This document shows positions 34,989 to 44,332 of a stretch of DNA of 51,987 bases, in pieces. The stretch spans positions 1 through 51,987 of the forward strand of contig DRPG01000318.1 of assembly GCA_011376105.1 (NCBI GenBank), written 5' to 3'. The translations under genes and the position numbers were made by a program. The notes below the pieces were generated by a model. That model did not search any database and was not told the DNA's origin. It saw only the letters and a program-made list of their open reading frames with translations. This DNA comes from Deltaproteobacteria bacterium (GTDB lineage: Bacteria > Myxococcota_A > UBA796 > GCA-2862545). The first letter of the stretch is position 1. Every line of letters begins with the position of its first letter.

Positions 34989-36896
34989 CTAGTCCCAGCC
35001 GACCTCGATGAGGGCTTCCTGGGGATCGACCCGGCCGACCTCGTTGCTCGAGCTCCCCGGGACGAGGACGAACGGCCTGACATCCACAGGGTACCAACCC
35101 TGCCCGGAGCTGTCGCCCACCGGCCCCGCTAGGCCGACCCGGTAGAAGAAGTACACTGGATCGCCTGAGACCAGGATCGAGACCTCGCGGGACAGGTCTC
35201 CGTTGAGATCTCCGGTGGCCTTCGCCAGGCCCTCTTCGATGGCGAACGACAGCTCAGTGCCGTCCCGGCTTGGCCGGACGCCGGCCCGGACGGTGAAGCT
35301 GATCTCTCCCTGGTCGGAGACGTAGCGCTCGTCTTCCCTCGCGGAGAGCTGCTGATCCCCTGAGAGGCTCCCGCTGACCCTCCAGCTCCCTCCGAGCTGA
35401 TCGTAGGTCAGGGTCCAGATCTCCTCCTTGGCGATGCCTGCGCAGCCGTTGACCACCACGTGGCGATCGGACGAGCCGTTGGTCTCCAGCAGGGGCGACA
35501 GGGTGGAGGTGGGGATCGGATCGTAGTCATCCGAGCCGGAGAAGCCGCTGTTCTTGGTGCGGGGCCCGAGGTTGTCCTGCACCAGGCAGCCGGTCTGCTC
35601 GTGGGCGAACACGATGTCGCCGCTGGCGAGGCTGATGGCGACGGAGCGGCCGGTGCGTCGGATCCCGTCCTGGGTGTACTCGGGCATCAGGTAGGGCTCG
35701 TGCATCGCCTCGATCCCCTGGATGGGGGTCGTGAACGTCATGCCCTGGGGCCCGGGCACGCTGCCGTTGACATCGAGCAGCTCACCTGAGAGCTCGTCGA
35801 CCAGCCACAGCGACAGCCCATCGAGGGGGACGACGAACAGCCGGCTCCCCGCGGCGGTGTCCAGCCCGTCGGCGTCGAGGGTGGGCCAGGGCAGCTCGAT
35901 CTGGCGAGCGTCGGCCTCGCCCGCCTCGACGAGGTGCACCACGGGCAGCACCCGATCGGTGATCAGCAGGGTCCCGCCCTCGGACCAGGACAGGCGGTGG
36001 GGGTGGGCGTCGGCGGGCAGGGCCACCTGTGTCGTCCGCTCCCGGGTGGCCGGATCGAACCACCACAGGTGGGGACGGTCCTGGATCCGATCGTGGACGA
36101 TCATCGCGAGCAGGGACTGATCGGGGGCCATGGCCAGGGCCAGCGGGGCGCCCCCCACGTCGTGCTCGGACAGGCCGCTGTGCGTCTTCAGCACGATCTG
36201 ATCGCCGCTGGTGGCGGCGCCCTCCAGGGTGAGCTGCAGCCTGCGATCGGCGGCGGACCAGGGCTCACCCCAGCGCAGGCGCTCGGCCTGCAGGCCGCTG
36301 CGGGAGCCCCGGGCCAGCCAGGTCTCCCCGTCGTAGGTCAGGGTCCAGGTCTCGGTGGTCGTGTACCCCGTCTTGATGCCGATCTCGGCGAAGGTCACCG
36401 AGTCGGGCTTGACGATCGAGGGCTCGTCGATGAACGCACGGCTCTCCACCGGCCCCCGATCGCCCCGCTCGCACGCGAGGCGGGTCCCGGGCTCGTCCGC
36501 GTCGCAGTCGATGAGGTAGGGGACGCGGAGCAGGCGCCCGAACGCTCGATCTCCAGCGAACACCGTGACCTCGGTGGTGTCTGGAGCATAGATCGCCAGC
36601 GAGGTGAGCAGGCGATCATCGCCGGTCGCCAGCTGGTGGGTGCGGAGGAACGAGGCGGTTGGATCGTCGGTGAGGAAGCGGCCCTGCTTCAGGGCCAGCT
36701 GTACGATCTGCCCTCCGTGGCCGTTGGCGACGAAGCCCACCGGCTCCTGGAACGGGCCCCCGAGCTCGGGCTGGAGCACGGCGACGGCGATCGGCACGTC
36801 GAACGCGCCCCCGTAGGGCTCGGGGTTCGGGCAGCCCGCGGACACGACGAGCAGGAGCGGGGGCAGGACGCAGGGGATCAGCGGTTGGTGAGCCAC
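34989..36896 (-). CDS. Lipoprotein of unknown function with beta-propeller-like repeats and an internally duplicated WTLTYD module
   Basis: The N-terminus LPPLLLVVSAGC is a lipobox. The GTG start overlaps the upstream gene's end by 19 nt. Two copies of the module are present (ETWTLTYDGETWLARGSRSGLQ... and EIWTLTYDQLGGSWRVSGSLSGDQ...). Confidence 0.7.
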   Translation of the reverse strand: MAHQPLIPCVLPPLLLVVSAGCPNPEPYGGAFDVPIAVAVLQPELGGPFQEPVGFVANGHGGQIVQLALKQGRFLTDDPTASFLRTHQLATGDDRLLTSLAIYAPDTTEVTVFAGDRAFGRLLRVPYLIDCDADEPGTRLACERGDRGPVESRAFIDEPSIVKPDSVTFAEIGIKTGYTTTETWTLTYDGETWLARGSRSGLQAERLRWGEPWSAADRRLQLTLEGAATSGDQIVLKTHSGLSEHDVGGAPLALAMAPDQSLLAMIVHDRIQDRPHLWWFDPATRERTTQVALPADAHPHRLSWSEGGTLLITDRVLPVVHLVEAGEADARQIELPWPTLDADGLDTAAGSRLFVVPLDGLSLWLVDELSGELLDVNGSVPGPQGMTFTTPIQGIEAMHEPYLMPEYTQDGIRRTGRSVAISLASGDIVFAHEQTGCLVQDNLGPRTKNSGFSGSDDYDPIPTSTLSPLLETNGSSDRHVVVNGCAGIAKEEIWTLTYDQLGGSWRVSGSLSGDQQLSAREDERYVSDQGEISFTVRAGVRPSRDGTELSFAIEEGLAKATGDLNGDLSREVSILVSGDPVYFFYRVGLAGPVGDSSGQGWYPVDVRPFVLVPGSSSNEVGRVDPQEALIEVGWD

Positions 36897-39800
36897 GCTG
36901 CTATCTCCAGGTAGTTTGGGCTTGCGGGATCGAGATCGATCACCGTCAGGGTGCCGCTCGCCGTCTGCCCGTCGAGCTCGCCGAGGTAGTTGGCGACGAC
37001 GGCCCAGCGTCCGTCGGGGGAGATCCGCACGACGTGGGGGTTCTCACCGACATCTCGGATCCAGGCGATCTCAGCGCCCCAGGCCTGCAGATCGAGATCG
37101 AAGACAGACACCCCGTTGCCGGCGTAGTGGGTGACCAGCAGGGTGCGCTCGTCGGCCGTCAGGGCCATGCCCGCACCGCCGATGCTGGCGTAGGTGTTGG
37201 CTCCGGCGTCGCGGGTGAGCTCGGGCAGGGGCAGGAACGCGACCGCGACGAGCTCCTGCAGCTCCTTGTCGGCGTCGTCTTCGAGGCGGGACAGATCCAC
37301 GAGCACCACCCCGTCGGGCTGGCGCATCGTGAGGAACAGGAGATCCCGGCTCGGGGAGACCTCGGCTGAGCGGAAGCCCGCGGCCCCCGAGCCGGTGTCG
37401 ATCCGGATCAGGCCCTCCAGATCGAGGTAGTTGGCGTCCTCGAAGGTGCCGCTGGAGTCGTCCCGCACATCGATCACGTACACGTGATCGTCGAGCTTGC
37501 TGGTGACGTAGAGGAAACCACGCTCCTCGTCGAGCTCCAGCGACGACATGCCGTAGCCGCTGGTGACGAACGAGTCCACCAGCTGGCCCAGCTCGATCAC
37601 CTGATCGCCGGGGCCTCCGCGTGCGGTCTCGAAGAGCAGCTGATCGCCTGCGGTGGGCAGCTGCTGTTCAGCGAAGACCTGCTCGGGTCGGGTGGGGGAG
37701 GCGGACGCGAGGCCGGTGCGCCAGGCCAGGCCGTCGCTGCCGGCGTAGAGCAGCTCGATGCGGGTGTCGTCCTGGGACGACAGCACCGGGGCGATCACCC
37801 CCTGGGCGGAGAACGTGCGGGGCTGAGCCGACATCGCGGGCCGGGACAGGCCGTCGACCTCGTCGATCCGCCGGACGAGGCGACGCTCCTCGACGACGGC
37901 GTGGCCCAGGGACCAGGTGCTGCCGTCGTTGCCGGCATAGTAGAGGTGGGTCTGGCCATCGATCACGATCGCGAGGGGATCCTTGACCCCGGCGTCGTCG
38001 AAGGAGCCGGGGATCCCGGTGCCGAGGCGGTAGTCCTCCCCGATCCCCCGCTCGCGGGTCAGCGGCCCCCGGAGGGAGCTCGCGGTGGCGGAGCCGATCC
38101 GCTGCCGGCTGCCGTCGTCGCCGGTGTACCACAGGCGGATCGCGCCGTCCTCGAGCGGCTCGATGGAGTGGGGGATCCGCTGGACGGAGTCCCACAGGAT
38201 CTCGTCGCTCACCAGCAGCCCTTCGTCGAGCGGGGTCCAGCTCAGCCCGTCGCTCGAGGTCGCCCGGTGCAGGGTGGTGCCATCCAGCGTGCTGACGCCG
38301 TAGAACATCACCAGCCCCTCGGCGTCGGCGGCGACCACCGGAGAGAACGCCTGCTGATCTGCGACGATCCCGAGCTGCTCCTCCATGCCGTCGACGCCGT
38401 CCCTGGCGTCGGGCTCCACCACCACGTGCCAGGCCCCCAGCTGCTCCTCGAGCACCGCGATGCGGCGACGATCGGCGCTGCCGGTGGTGGTGACATACAT
38501 CAGCCGACGGCCGTCGTGCTCGATCACCGAGCCCGGCTCTAGGCCACGATCGGCCCGGAGGCGGCCGACGGTGTCGTTCGGCAGCAGGTGGCCGCTGGCG
38601 ATCGCCACCTCGAAACCCCCCAGATCGACGGCCCGGCCCAGCCCAGCGGGCAGGGGGGGATCGATCCGGCCCAGATCCCGGCCCTCGACCCGCCAGGCGC
38701 CCACCTCTTCGAAGAGCACCGGGGCCCGGGAGGGGGCCCCGGGATCCGTCGCGTCGGGGTTGACCACGACGATCTCGGGCTCGGACCAGCTGCGCCCATC
38801 CCACGACCAGCTGACCGCGGGATCCCAGCTCGAGCCGCTCCACACGGTGGTCCACATCAGGTAGCGGCCGTTGACCGAGGCGACGAAGGGGGCCGCGATC
38901 GAGCCATCGACCAGCTGCAGGACGGGCTCCGGCCCGGACCAGGTGCGCCCGTCTTCGCTGAAGGACAGCGCGATCCACCAGGTGTCGGCCAGCTGATCGT
39001 GCACCGACAGCCACATGCGGTAGCCCCCGGCCCGGGAGTCGAAGGTCGCGAAGGGATCCTCGTAGGACAGGCCCGCCGGCGGCGTCAGCAGCTCGCCCTC
39101 GTGGGTGTAGGAGGCTCCGTCCACCGAGGTGGCCAGCGCGATCGAGGCTGGATCGCCCGCGTCGTCGCGCAGATCGTAGATCAGCGCTAGGGCTGTGCTC
39201 AGCACGAGCGGAGACGGCGAGCCGAGCAGGAAGCCCGGCACGTTGAGCAGCGCGGTCGGATCGAAGCCCCAGGTGTTTGTGGCGAACGACTCCCCGCGGA
39301 TGATCGCCTGATCCTGGGTCCTCACGGCCCAGACGAGCGGCTGGCCGTCGATCCCCAGCTCCATGAAGGGCTCGGAGATGCCGCCGAGGCCGTCCTCGGG
39401 GCCAAACGCCGACGGAAGGTAGCCCGCACCGGTGGAGGTGTATCGGGTGAAGCCCCGGGCGTCGCCCGAGCCGGTGGGCACGTACAGCCACGCGGTCCCG
39501 TCGAGGTAGGTCAGGCTCCAGGCGTCGGACGGGGTCAGGCTCGAGTCGGTGACCGACAGCGAGACGATCTCGGCGAGCGAGCCGGATCCATCGAGATCGT
39601 AGAGCCTCGCTCCCCCGGCGTAGGCTTCGGGGGCCAGATCGATCACCGAGGCGGGCAGGGCCGCATCTGGACCCGGATCGGTGTCGAGCACCGAGACGGA
39701 GTGATCGGTGAGGTTGCCGACGAACGCCCGCCGGGTGGAGGGTTGCACCACGACCGGGAACGGATCGTCCTCGAGCTCCATCGAGCCCAGCAGCGACAGC

Positions 39801-40321
39801 GAGCCCCCGAGCTGGGGCCCGGCGACGGCCAGGGTGCGGGTGTCGACGAACCAGACGTCGTCCCGCCCCGAGCGGGTGTTGGCGCCCTCGGTGAGGCGGC
39901 TGGTGATCATCAGGGCCCCGTCGTCGGGCAGGTAGCCCATGCCCCCGAGGTAGGGGTTGCCGCCCTTGCCGTCGCGATCGTCGTCGTCAAAGATCGGGAG
40001 GGACCAGGCCGGCAGCTCGTCCATCGACAGCTCCAGCGGCAGGGTGCGCTGCTCGAGGCGAGCGGCCACCGCGTCCCAGTCGAGGACCAGCACGCTGCCG
40101 GTCTCGAAGTTGCGGTAGGGATCGGCGTTGGACACCGCCAGCAGGTTGGCCCCGTCCTGCTCGAAGAACACGAGATCCGCGGGGCCCGCGAGGCAGGTGC
40201 CGATGCCGATCTCGCCGAAGGTGTAGGGGCCGTCCGGGGGCTCGGCGCAGGGGCCCAGATCGGGGCCGATGGGCACATCGCGGATGCACCCTGTCAAGAA
40301 GATCGAGAGCAAGATCCGCAC
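36878..40321 (-). CDS. 1147-aa lipoprotein combining YVTN-type beta-propeller repeats with Asp-box (BNR-like) repeats
   Basis: GTG at 40321 with GGGAGG 10 nt upstream gives VRILLSIFLTGC (lipobox). YVTN-like strands occur at both ends (AFVGNLTDHSVSVLDT; LYVTSKLDDHVYVIDV; LLVTHYAGNGVSVFDL). Asp-box-like S.DG..W repeats occur in the middle (SEDGRTWS, SWDGRSWS, SSDGLSWT, GNDGSTWS, GSDGLAWR). The track ORF's extra 284 N-terminal codons are antisense to hbd. Confidence 0.7.
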   Translation of the reverse strand: MRILLSIFLTGCIRDVPIGPDLGPCAEPPDGPYTFGEIGIGTCLAGPADLVFFEQDGANLLAVSNADPYRNFETGSVLVLDWDAVAARLEQRTLPLELSMDELPAWSLPIFDDDDRDGKGGNPYLGGMGYLPDDGALMITSRLTEGANTRSGRDDVWFVDTRTLAVAGPQLGGSLSLLGSMELEDDPFPVVVQPSTRRAFVGNLTDHSVSVLDTDPGPDAALPASVIDLAPEAYAGGARLYDLDGSGSLAEIVSLSVTDSSLTPSDAWSLTYLDGTAWLYVPTGSGDARGFTRYTSTGAGYLPSAFGPEDGLGGISEPFMELGIDGQPLVWAVRTQDQAIIRGESFATNTWGFDPTALLNVPGFLLGSPSPLVLSTALALIYDLRDDAGDPASIALATSVDGASYTHEGELLTPPAGLSYEDPFATFDSRAGGYRMWLSVHDQLADTWWIALSFSEDGRTWSGPEPVLQLVDGSIAAPFVASVNGRYLMWTTVWSGSSWDPAVSWSWDGRSWSEPEIVVVNPDATDPGAPSRAPVLFEEVGAWRVEGRDLGRIDPPLPAGLGRAVDLGGFEVAIASGHLLPNDTVGRLRADRGLEPGSVIEHDGRRLMYVTTTGSADRRRIAVLEEQLGAWHVVVEPDARDGVDGMEEQLGIVADQQAFSPVVAADAEGLVMFYGVSTLDGTTLHRATSSDGLSWTPLDEGLLVSDEILWDSVQRIPHSIEPLEDGAIRLWYTGDDGSRQRIGSATASSLRGPLTRERGIGEDYRLGTGIPGSFDDAGVKDPLAIVIDGQTHLYYAGNDGSTWSLGHAVVEERRLVRRIDEVDGLSRPAMSAQPRTFSAQGVIAPVLSSQDDTRIELLYAGSDGLAWRTGLASASPTRPEQVFAEQQLPTAGDQLLFETARGGPGDQVIELGQLVDSFVTSGYGMSSLELDEERGFLYVTSKLDDHVYVIDVRDDSSGTFEDANYLDLEGLIRIDTGSGAAGFRSAEVSPSRDLLFLTMRQPDGVVLVDLSRLEDDADKELQELVAVAFLPLPELTRDAGANTYASIGGAGMALTADERTLLVTHYAGNGVSVFDLDLQAWGAEIAWIRDVGENPHVVRISPDGRWAVVANYLGELDGQTASGTLTVIDLDPASPNYLEIAAWLTNR

Positions 40322-40429
40322 CGGTCGTTGACCTCCCACCGTCGGGGCCGATATCCCGCTCGGCGTCGCCGTGCCGCGATGGCGGTCGGGCTGGCTGGTG
40401 GATAGGGGTGCCGCCTCCCGGGGGAGCAG

Positions 40430-41296
40430 ATGGAGATCGAGCGGATCGGCGTGGTTGGCGCGGGTCAGATGGGCAACGGGATCGCACAGGTCGCCGCGAC
40501 CGCTGGCTACGACGTCGTGCTGCAAGACATCGACAGCGCCGCGCTGCAGCGGGCGATGGCGACGATCGAGCGGAGCCTGGGCAAGCTCGTGGCGAAGGAG
40601 CGGATGAGTGAGCCCGACGCCGCGGCCGCCCGGGCGAGGATCACCCAGGCGACGGACACCGCCGCGATGTCCGATCGGCAGCTGGTGATCGAGGCGGCGA
40701 CCGAGAACGTGGAGCTGAAGTTCCGCATCTTCGAGGGACTCGCGTCCGTCGCTGCGGCCGACGCCATCCTGGCGACCAACACCTCCAGCATCTCGATCAC
40801 CGCGATCGCCGCCCGCACCGATCGGCCCGATCGGGTGATGGGGATGCACTTCATGAACCCGGTCCCGCTGATGGGGCTGGTCGAGCTGATCCGTGGGCTG
40901 GCCACGAGCGACGAGACCTACCAGGCGGTCGAGGCCGCGGCCCAGCGCATGGGCAAGACCACGGTGCTGGCCCGGGACATGCCCGGGTTTATCGTCAACC
41001 GCGTGCTCATGCCCTACATCAACGAGGCGGTGTACGCCCTGTACGAGGGGATCGCCTCGGTTGAAGACCTCGACGTGGCGATGAAGCTCGGCACCAACGT
41101 GCCGATGGGGCCCCTGACCCTGGCCGACTTCATCGGGCTGGACACCTGTCTGGCGATCATGGAGGTCCTGCACGAGGGCATGGGGGGAGACAGCAAGTAC
41201 CGGCCGTGCCCGCTGCTGCGCAAGTACGTCGAGGCGGGCTGGCTGGGGCGCAAGTCCGGCCGGGGCTTCTACACCTACGAGGGGGGTGGGCGATGA
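40430..41296 (+). CDS. hbd: 3-hydroxybutyryl-CoA (3-hydroxyacyl-CoA) dehydrogenase
   Basis: IGVVGAGQMGNGIAQVAA (Rossmann), HFMNPVP, GFIVNR, and the C-terminal dimerisation domain. Confidence 0.9.
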   Translation: MEIERIGVVGAGQMGNGIAQVAATAGYDVVLQDIDSAALQRAMATIERSLGKLVAKERMSEPDAAAARARITQATDTAAMSDRQLVIEAATENVELKFRIFEGLASVAAADAILATNTSSISITAIAARTDRPDRVMGMHFMNPVPLMGLVELIRGLATSDETYQAVEAAAQRMGKTTVLARDMPGFIVNRVLMPYINEAVYALYEGIASVEDLDVAMKLGTNVPMGPLTLADFIGLDTCLAIMEVLHEGMGGDSKYRPCPLLRKYVEAGWLGRKSGRGFYTYEGGGR

Positions 41297-42066
41297 GCAC
41301 GGTGCTGCGCGAGCGCCGGGGGGCGGTGGAGCTGCTGACCATCGCTCGGCCCGAGGTGTACAACGCGATCGATGCCTCGGTGCTCGATGGCCTGTCCGAC
41401 GCGGTCGACGCCCTGGCCGGCGACGCCTCGCTGCGGGCGGTGGTGCTGTGCGGCGCAGGGGGCAAGGCGTTCGTCGCCGGCGCCGACATCGCCGCGATGC
41501 GGGCGCTGACCGCGGTGGAGGCCGAGGGCTTCAGCGCGCGGGGGCAGCAGATCTTCGATCGGCTCTCGGCGCTGCCGGTCCCGGTGATCGCCGCCGTCGG
41601 GGGCTTCGCCCTGGGGGGGGGCTGCGAGCTGGCGATGGCCTGCGATCTGGTGATCGCGTCCGAGCGGGCCAGCTTCGGCCAACCCGAGGTGACCCTGGGG
41701 GTCATCCCCGGGTTCGGGGGCACCCAGCGCCTGGTGCGGCGGGTGGGGCTGGCCAACGCTCTGGATCTGTGCCTGACCGGTCGGCGGATCAAGGCCGACG
41801 AGGCCCTCCGGATCGGGCTCGTCTCCCGCGTCGTGGAGGGAGACGTGGTGGAGGCCGCGCTCGAGCTCGGCGATCAGATCGCCAAGCTGGGGCCGGTGGC
41901 GGTGCGGCTGTGCAAGCGCGCGATCCACGACAACGCAGACATCGGGCTGTCCGCGGCCCAGGCCGCTGAGCGCACCCTGTTCGGGCTGTGCTTCTCCACC
42001 TCGGATCAGTCCGAGGGCATGACCGCGTTCCTCGAGAAGCGCTCAGCGTCCTTCCAGGGACGCTGA
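41293..42066 (+). CDS. Enoyl-CoA hydratase (crotonase family)
   Basis: NRPEV.NA motif-like IARPEVYNAI, VVLCGAGGKAFVAGADI, AAVGGFALGGGCELAMACD, E.TLG. The ATG overlaps the hbd stop (ATGA). Confidence 0.9.
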   Translation: MSTVLRERRGAVELLTIARPEVYNAIDASVLDGLSDAVDALAGDASLRAVVLCGAGGKAFVAGADIAAMRALTAVEAEGFSARGQQIFDRLSALPVPVIAAVGGFALGGGCELAMACDLVIASERASFGQPEVTLGVIPGFGGTQRLVRRVGLANALDLCLTGRRIKADEALRIGLVSRVVEGDVVEAALELGDQIAKLGPVAVRLCKRAIHDNADIGLSAAQAAERTLFGLCFSTSDQSEGMTAFLEKRSASFQGR

Positions 42067-42155
42067 GCACGTCGCGGATGTCCGGCTCACCGGTGGGCCC
42101 CACGGGTTACGCAACGGGTCCCAGGCCACAGCGACGCCCAACACCAGGAGCCCCT

Positions 42156-43292
42156 GTGTTCGATCTGTCCGAGGATCACCGGAACATCCAGAGCATGGCC
42201 CGCGAGCTCGCCCGCGAGGAGGTCCTACCTGGCGCCGCCGAGCGCGACCGCACCCACGCGTTCCCCGAAGCGCTGGTCGGCAAGCTGGCTGAGCTCGGGT
42301 TCCTCGGCGTGTTCGCGCCCGAGGCCTACGGCGGGTCGGAGCTCGATCTCCTCTCCTATGTGCTCGCCCTCGAGGAGATCTCCTACGCAGACGCTGGGCT
42401 CGGGGTGATCATGAGCGTGCAGAACAGCCTGGCGGGCTGGCCGATCCTGTCGTTCGGCACCCACGAGCAGAAGCTGAAGTACCTCACCCCCCTGGCCACC
42501 GGGGAGAAGATCGGCTGCTACGCGCTGACCGAGCCCGAGGCCGGCAGCGACGCGGGCAGCCAGCGCACCCGGTGTGTGCTCGATGGCGATCACTACGTGC
42601 TCGACGGCACCAAGGTGTGGATCACCAACGGCCCACAGGCCTCGATCATCGTCACCTACGCCAACCTCGACGTCGAGTCCCGCTACAAGGGGGTGTGTGC
42701 CTTCATCGTCGAGCGTGACTTCCCCGGCTTCTCAGTGGGCAAGATCGAGGACAAGATGGGGATCTCCTGCTCTTCGACCTCAGAGCTGGTGTACGAGGGG
42801 CTGCGGGTCCCACAGGCGAACCTGCTGCACCAAGAGCGCGACGGCTTCAAGGTGGCGATGGCCACCCTCGACGGTGGCCGGATCGGGATCGCCGCCCAGG
42901 CCCTGGGGATCGCCCAGCGTGCCCTCGATCTGGCGGTGGGCTACGCCAAGGAACGCTCCACCTTCGGCAAGCCCATCGCCAAGCACCAGGCGATCCAGTG
43001 GAAGCTCGCCGACATGAAGACCCGGCTCGAGGCAGCCCGGCTGCTGACCTGGCGCGCCGCAACAATGAAGGATCGTGGGGAGCGGGCGAGCGCCGAGTGC
43101 TCGATGGCCAAGCTGTATGCGTCCGAGGCTGCCAACTTCTGTGCCTACGAGGCCGTGCAGATCTTTGGGGGCTACGGCTACAGTCGGGAGTACGAGGTCG
43201 AGCGGCTGTACCGGGACGCCCGGATCACGACCCTGTACGAGGGCACCTCCGAGATCCAGCGCATGGTGATCGCAAAGCACGTGCTGTCGTGA
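42156..43292 (+). CDS. Acyl-CoA dehydrogenase (short/branched-chain type)
   Basis: FDLSEDHRNIQSMARE, GCYALTEPEAGSDAG, WITNG, GGRIGIAAQALGIAQ, QIFGGYGYSREYEVERLYRDARITTLYEGTSEIQ. GTG at 42156 with AGGAG 5 nt upstream. Confidence 0.9.
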   Translation: MFDLSEDHRNIQSMARELAREEVLPGAAERDRTHAFPEALVGKLAELGFLGVFAPEAYGGSELDLLSYVLALEEISYADAGLGVIMSVQNSLAGWPILSFGTHEQKLKYLTPLATGEKIGCYALTEPEAGSDAGSQRTRCVLDGDHYVLDGTKVWITNGPQASIIVTYANLDVESRYKGVCAFIVERDFPGFSVGKIEDKMGISCSSTSELVYEGLRVPQANLLHQERDGFKVAMATLDGGRIGIAAQALGIAQRALDLAVGYAKERSTFGKPIAKHQAIQWKLADMKTRLEAARLLTWRAATMKDRGERASAECSMAKLYASEAANFCAYEAVQIFGGYGYSREYEVERLYRDARITTLYEGTSEIQRMVIAKHVLS

Positions 43293-43708
43293 ACGCGGGC
43301 GTGCAGGGGGCGCGGAGGCTCCGGGTGTTGGTCGCGAAGCCCGGCCTCGACGGCCACGACCGCGGCGCGAAGGTGGTGGCCCGGGGGCTGCGGGACGCAG
43401 GCATGGAGGTGATCTACTCAGGCCTGCACCGGACCCCGTCGCAGATCGCACGCACCGCGATGGAGGAGGACGTCCAGGTCGTCGGCCTGTCGATCCTCTC
43501 CGGTGCCCACAACCGGCTGCTGCCCGAGGTGGTCTCAGCCCTGGGGGCGCTCGGCATGGAGGATGTGTTGGTGATCGCGGGGGGGATCATCCCCGAGGCG
43601 GACGTGGAGGCGCTGCTGGCGACAGGGGTCTCGGCCGTGTTCCCTCCAGGCACCCCCCTGTCCAGGATCGTAGACTTCATCCGTGAACATGCGCGGATGC
43701 CGGTGTAG
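43289..43708 (+). CDS. Stand-alone cobalamin (B12)-binding domain protein, methylmalonyl/isobutyryl-CoA mutase small-subunit type
   Basis: RVLVAKPGLDGHDRGAKVVARGLRDAGMEVIY.G...T..QIA..A.EEDV.VVGLSILSGAH....P.V....G..DVLV.AGGIIP contains the DxHxxG B12-binding motif. The GTG overlaps the upstream stop (GTGA). Confidence 0.85.
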   Translation: MNAGVQGARRLRVLVAKPGLDGHDRGAKVVARGLRDAGMEVIYSGLHRTPSQIARTAMEEDVQVVGLSILSGAHNRLLPEVVSALGALGMEDVLVIAGGIIPEADVEALLATGVSAVFPPGTPLSRIVDFIREHARMPV

Positions 43709-43711
43709 CAG

Positions 43712-44332
43712 GTGGCCGCGTTGGTGGATGAAACGAGCGGCTTCTACGCTCCAGCGCTCCTGACCGGCACGAGCTCGGAGTTCATGGGCCACAAGCCGAT
43801 GCCCCGCCTGCTTAGGCAGCGGCGGGTGATCTTCGTGCTGGGTCCCGACGGGGTGGGCAAGTCCACCGTGGCCCGGCTGCTGGCTGGCTCCGGGCACCTG
43901 CGCCTCGACAACCGCGAGCTCGATCGGGTGCTGCTCGATCGGGTGCGCTCAGGCCGCTGGGACGAGCCCCTGACCTACTCCGACGCGCTGGTGCTCGATG
44001 GGCCCACCTGGCTTCGCAACCGCACCGGAGCGGTCCAGCTCCTGGCCGAGCTGGCCCAGTCGCGGGCGATCAGCGGGTACCGCACCCTGTTCTGTCAGGT
44101 GGACGCCGACGGCAGCATCGAGGAGCTGATCGCCGTGATGGCGGCGGGCTCGTCGGTGGTGGTCGGGCTCCGCTTCCCCAGCGGTCGGCGAGCCCGGCTG
44201 CGCTGCGCTCGCCGGCTGTGCGACGATCTGGGGCTGCCGCGGGAGGTCGCGGTGGGCAGCGAAGAGCTCGAGCCCTGGCGCTATGATCGTCTGGTCGCCT
44301 GGCTGGTCGAGCGCACCTGGAGGAAGCCTTGA
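43712..44332 (+). CDS. Small P-loop NTPase of unknown function
   Basis: Walker A: VLGPDGVGKSTVARLL. Walker B-like: DALVLDG. The start is uncertain (GTG 43712, or ATG 43784). It begins 3 nt after the B12-domain gene. Confidence 0.5.
   Translation: MAALVDETSGFYAPALLTGTSSEFMGHKPMPRLLRQRRVIFVLGPDGVGKSTVARLLAGSGHLRLDNRELDRVLLDRVRSGRWDEPLTYSDALVLDGPTWLRNRTGAVQLLAELAQSRAISGYRTLFCQVDADGSIEELIAVMAAGSSVVVGLRFPSGRRARLRCARRLCDDLGLPREVAVGSEELEPWRYDRLVAWLVERTWRKP

Noticed and set aside
37668-39491. 607-aa alternate-frame ORF on the minus strand
   Set aside because: It lies inside the 1147-aa lipoprotein gene in another frame. The translation is extremely R/G/P-rich (RRRR, GRRP runs), whereas the chosen frame has Asp-box and YVTN-like repeats.
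40322-41173. N-terminal 284 codons of the 1431-aa track ORF
   Set aside because: This part is antisense to the strongly supported hbd gene and translates to H/R/G/D-rich sequence. A GTG with a GGGAGG RBS at 40321 yields a clean lipoprotein signal peptide, so the gene is taken to start there.
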